DNA of 64,000 nt. It comes from Klebsormidium nitens. Lineage: Eukaryota > Plantae > Klebsormidiophyceae. The DNA is taken from positions 15,803 through 79,802 of the forward strand of contig DF237373.1 of NCBI GenBank assembly GCA_000708835.1, written 5' to 3'. Position numbers and translations under genes: made by a program. Positions 60,114 to 64,000 of the stretch are shown piece after piece (the stretch's first letter is position 1; the number at the start of each line of letters is the position of its first letter). The notes beneath the pieces are model-generated. The model did no database searches. It saw only the letters and a program-made list of their open reading frames with translations, and was not told the DNA's origin.

Positions 60114-60690
60114 TTAAGAAGGGGCAGCTGCATCATGCATGTGGACTATGCGCATATACACCCTTCCCAGCATGTAGTGCGCTGGCTCTCATATCAAGAT
60201 CCAGATCACAAAAAGCTAGACTGCTCATTCATTACAACGTACGTCCAGGATAACGTAGTAATGATGCATGCTGAGCTAGTTTAGAGTTCAAAACTTGACT
60301 TACAGAATCCTTCTGAACACCCTCAGTCCGACCGTCAGAACCTGCAAATATTGCCATGATTTGGTAGCATATGACCGGATTTTGAAAGAGCTAAGAAAAT
60401 TTTGGGCTATGACTATATAAGTGTTGCTCGTTTGACTCATATATTCCTTGCCACTCATCGATTCGCACTTCCTCTACGTTTTCGACGACACGGGCCTTCT
60501 TGATCCGGGGCGTCTCTGGACACAATGAACCACCATCCTGCAGGACATTGATTCCGCCTATCATGATCTCAGTCACATTCTTCACTTCCTATTAAAAGTG
60601 TAAACCTATAACAATCTACTCATAGCGACCGTGCTCAGCACAGAGAAAGGCGCCATCCCTTGCGTACTCAGCTTCTATTCTACACATGTA

Positions 60691-63587
60691 CTAACTCTCC
60701 AGTTGCAATTCGAGCCGGCCATCCGGAAGGTGCTCGCCGAACTTTTGTTGGTGGAATGCGTCGAGAATGGGCGTCAGCCGCGGATTGGTCAGGCCGTTGA
60801 GGTACTGCTCGCAGGGGAAGCACCAGAACGACAAATCGCTGCAGGAAAAAAGGCGTCCGTATGACCTCATTCTTCTCCCTTCGTTATTCAGCCTCAGGTC
60901 TGCAACTCGTTGTTTGTCTGTTTTACTCTGTTTCATGTTCTTATGTTGCAAGGGCTACGCGATGAGTACACGATCGTCTCTGCGCTTGACGGTCTTTCCA
61001 ATGTCGTCAGCGCGGCAAATGCTATTGCGTGCCACAATTTTCATGCAACAAAGGTGCTTTCATAAGCGCAGGGAAGCGTGCAGAAAATTGGCGATGCTCA
61101 CGCACAAAGGTGCTTTGAACAGTGCAGGGAGGCATTCGACGCTTTACAATGCTGAAAAAGTGAGTCAAGAAAGAAAATGGACAGAGGGGGTCTCTCCAGC
61201 ACGGTTAGACGGCCCGTTTAGTTGATGATAACTGGCAAAGAGCTTTACGCTGTACAGAGATGAAAAGTGAACGCCGCCTTCAATCCGCGGCTGAAGAAAG
61301 CTGCCGCCCAGATCACCGAACAAGTGAGCAAGGAAACCGCGTCTCGACACGGCGTCGTCTAGAACAGCAGCCGAGCCTCCCGCTCAAAGCCCTCGAGCGT
61401 GCCTGGAATCGAGCAAGCAAACACGATTTTCTGCTTTGAAGGCCGGAGCGGAACGGAAACGCCCGATAGGGACCAAAGAGATTTACAACGCACGTGAAGC
61501 TGGCCGCCACAGGGTGCTGCGTGTCGCCATGGTGTTGCAGCATATGCCCCTGCACGTAGCGGCCGCAGTACACGTGTCCGCACGACAAGCACGCCCAGTT
61601 CTCTGACTCGTCGTCACACCTGCAAAGGATTTCTGAATCTTATTAACGGCTGCCGATTTTCGACGGCTTTTTCGGAAGCAATATTTCAAGGAAACTTGTT
61701 TTGGTTATCAGAAGTCCCTTCAGAGAAAATGATGACAGTTGAAGTGAGATCTGCTGCAACCTGCAACAGGCACCTGTCCAGATATTGCCAAAACTTCGGT
61801 CACTTGAATGCGAAGCTTCTGATAGTACGACAGAATTCCGTCTCAGGCTTTTTTCGTGCGTTCTCGTGAATCATCCGAGAAACAAACGAAGGACCAGAAG
61901 TCTTGATACATGACGACGACTTGAGATCAGAACGTAGCTTCTGGAAGAGCCGCGGTTCAGTTGGGCAGAACAATACAGGTATATTCGGTGCTATCAATTG
62001 CCGTTTTTAGAAGCGTCGCTATTCAAACTGTCGGCTTTTCCCAACTTTTGCAACCGTTGTGTTGATGACTCAGCTTCCTCTTGGAACGGAGCGAATGACA
62101 TCCACGCTTTCTTCTTTCTTTTCCACAACCTCATTGGAGTTGATCATGCCTTGTAAGATTCGGGACCCACAAAGTTTTCGGACTCCGTCGACAGGCGACC
62201 CAATCGAAACAATGCTTCGAACAATACATCTTCATGGCAGAGCAACCATGGTCCCGGTTGCACACCAGAGCCTCACGTTCCTTAAAAGTTCGAAACCCGC
62301 ATGGAGTAACGCTTTTGAACCCCAGAAACGTCTGACTCAAAAGCCAGCAGGCAAGTCTTTCAACCCGCAATTCACAACCATGGGGGGCAGATCTAGTGTT
62401 CCCATAGGCCACATCAAGTCTCCCTGATGTTTTCAGAACCTGAGTAGGCACCGCATGGAGGGCTCACGTTTCGCAGGCGCTTGTGACCCGTGGCAGCTGC
62501 TCATGAGTCACGAGGTCGGTGGCCTGCAAGTGCGCGCAGTTGTCGACCGGTTGGACCCAGGCGATGTTTGCACCCGCCGCATCAGCCTGCAACAGGTGTA
62601 CAGTCGCTGACTTCTTGTCTGGAATGTTCGACAAATGCTGCCAAGCGGGGATCCTCAATTCGACTCTATGTCAGCTAGGACTCTGAAATGGAGTTTTGGT
62701 CATCACGTCTTGTTTGTGGAGCAAGGACCTTCAGCGACCAGACACCAAAATGACTAGACCCCCGACAATCTGTATAACCTGCCTTGGAAGATGTAGGCAG
62801 TTTGATAGAGGAACAATCCTGGTGGCGTGCATCTCAAGACTATTGCAGAGTGGTCTGACAGGAATGTACACAGGGCTTGAGCCTTTTGGGAGTCTGAACA
62901 ATTGCGTCAAAGAGTCCCTGCTTGCAGCCACCCCGGTTGGGACTGCGCCAGAATATCAACATGATCCCCATTGGTGAACAAATGGGCTAAGGACTGGGAC
63001 TGTCCCATCAAAGGTCCCTTTGTAATTGGGTAAGCTCTATGACAGACGAGCAAAGGGCCAATCGAAGGGCGTGAGATATATGAAGAAAATCAGCAGACCT
63101 TTCATGAGTTCCACCTTCTGTAGCAATCAGGCCAAAGTGGTGTGTGTTTACCTTTGTCAGAAATAGAGATTCTGACATCCCTCCTGACGGCCTAAAGATT
63201 GTGCACTCTCGGCGGGGGCTAGAATCACAACAAATGGAAAGAAAGAATGCAGTCAACCGATGTTTGAAGAAATAGAAGAAACGAACCTTCAGAGTAACAC
63301 CACCAATTAACCAGTAATAGAATTGCAAAGCTAACCCCGAACTCATCACCGTGACCCCATTGATAAAGATTGGAGGATTTCTGAACAACAAGTTTTCCCC
63401 ATGGTTAAGTGGGAAGAAAGATGTCAGCAATTGCCTTTCATCAAGATGTCAGCAATTGCCTTTCAAGCAAGTACTAATTCACAGCTCTGGACCTCACCTG
63501 CGGATCATTCGCACTTTCGTTGGCTTCCCGTGCCGCTTCTCCGTTGGAACTCAGCTTTTCTTTTCCTCTGTCCTCAGCACGCCCCAT
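60691..63587 (-). CDS. Stand-alone ZnF-UBP (BUZ, HDAC6-type ubiquitin-binding zinc finger) protein, about 160 aa
   Basis: Seen: exons 63587-63498, 62586-62468, 61619-61494, 60838-60691 encode [11 protein letters not shown]...[33 protein letters not shown]...[21 protein letters not shown]...AFHQQKFGE, the HDAC6 ZnF-UBP pattern. The start codon is uncertain because an acceptor-like TTTTAG lies 7 nt upstream of the ATG. Confidence 0.85.
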
Positions 63588-64000
63588 TGTGAAACTAAAA
63601 GTACTATGCAGCAACCAGAGCAATCAAAATCCTGCAAAGACTTGAGTCCGCTTGTGGTCTAGAGAATGCGGCATTCCTGTATCGAGAATCTAGGCGCCCA
63701 AGCATTGTCCCCATGGGATCGAAGAATGGAGGCCAAGTACATCTGGGGCAGTGCAGAACTGATCCTTGCTCAGCTCAATCGTCGACAGGCTCTGATTAGG
63801 ATATCCAGCAAGAACTTGATCGAACGGTTCAGGGAGCCAAATCAAACTGTATGCTCTACAACGGACGGGTGTAAACGAGCGGAGTAAACAACAAACAGAC
63901 CCCCTAAATTCCGTGTCATGCACAGTCATGCACAAATCGAAGCCCATGTGACGGACCTTCCCAAACATTCTGAGACTGATACACTGGTCACACATGCCGG

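Noticed and set aside
1-64000. tRNA, rRNA, snRNA genes or intact transposase / reverse-transcriptase ORFs
   Set aside because: None was recognisable by eye. tRNAscan-SE, Infernal and RepeatMasker would be needed to exclude them formally.

Overview
Intron-rich eukaryotic nuclear DNA with GC3-rich exons. Plastid transit peptides, plant-type B3 and BUZ genes and a centriole-assembly gene (TEDC1) point to a streptophyte green alga with flagellated stages, probably Klebsormidium-like (inference, no database search). I assembled nine protein-coding genes by hand from GT-AG boundaries and reading phase: a NIMA-related kinase (-), eRF1 (-), a B3 + chromo-like DNA-binding protein (-), TEDC1 (-), DDX11/ChlR1 helicase (+), a cluster of three plastid-targeted LEA-like proteins (-,+,+) and a stand-alone ZnF-UBP/BUZ protein (-). 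Top finding: the B3 gene has one copy of the first B3 strand and one copy of the last strand, but three intact, homologous phase 0-0 exons (195/195/207 nt) for the domain core. This is the architecture of a mutually exclusive exon cassette that could swap the DNA-contacting part of a transcription factor. Also notable: the eRF1 stop is followed by 126 open codons and a candidate 3'UTR intron, resembling the readthrough-NMD autoregulatory layout of angiosperm eRF1-1; two LEA-like genes are built as one repeat per phase-0 exon; and two genes carry tandemly duplicated decoy 3' splice sites. I found no tRNA, rRNA, CRISPR array or intact transposase. Exon coordinates are hand-counted and need RNA-seq confirmation.
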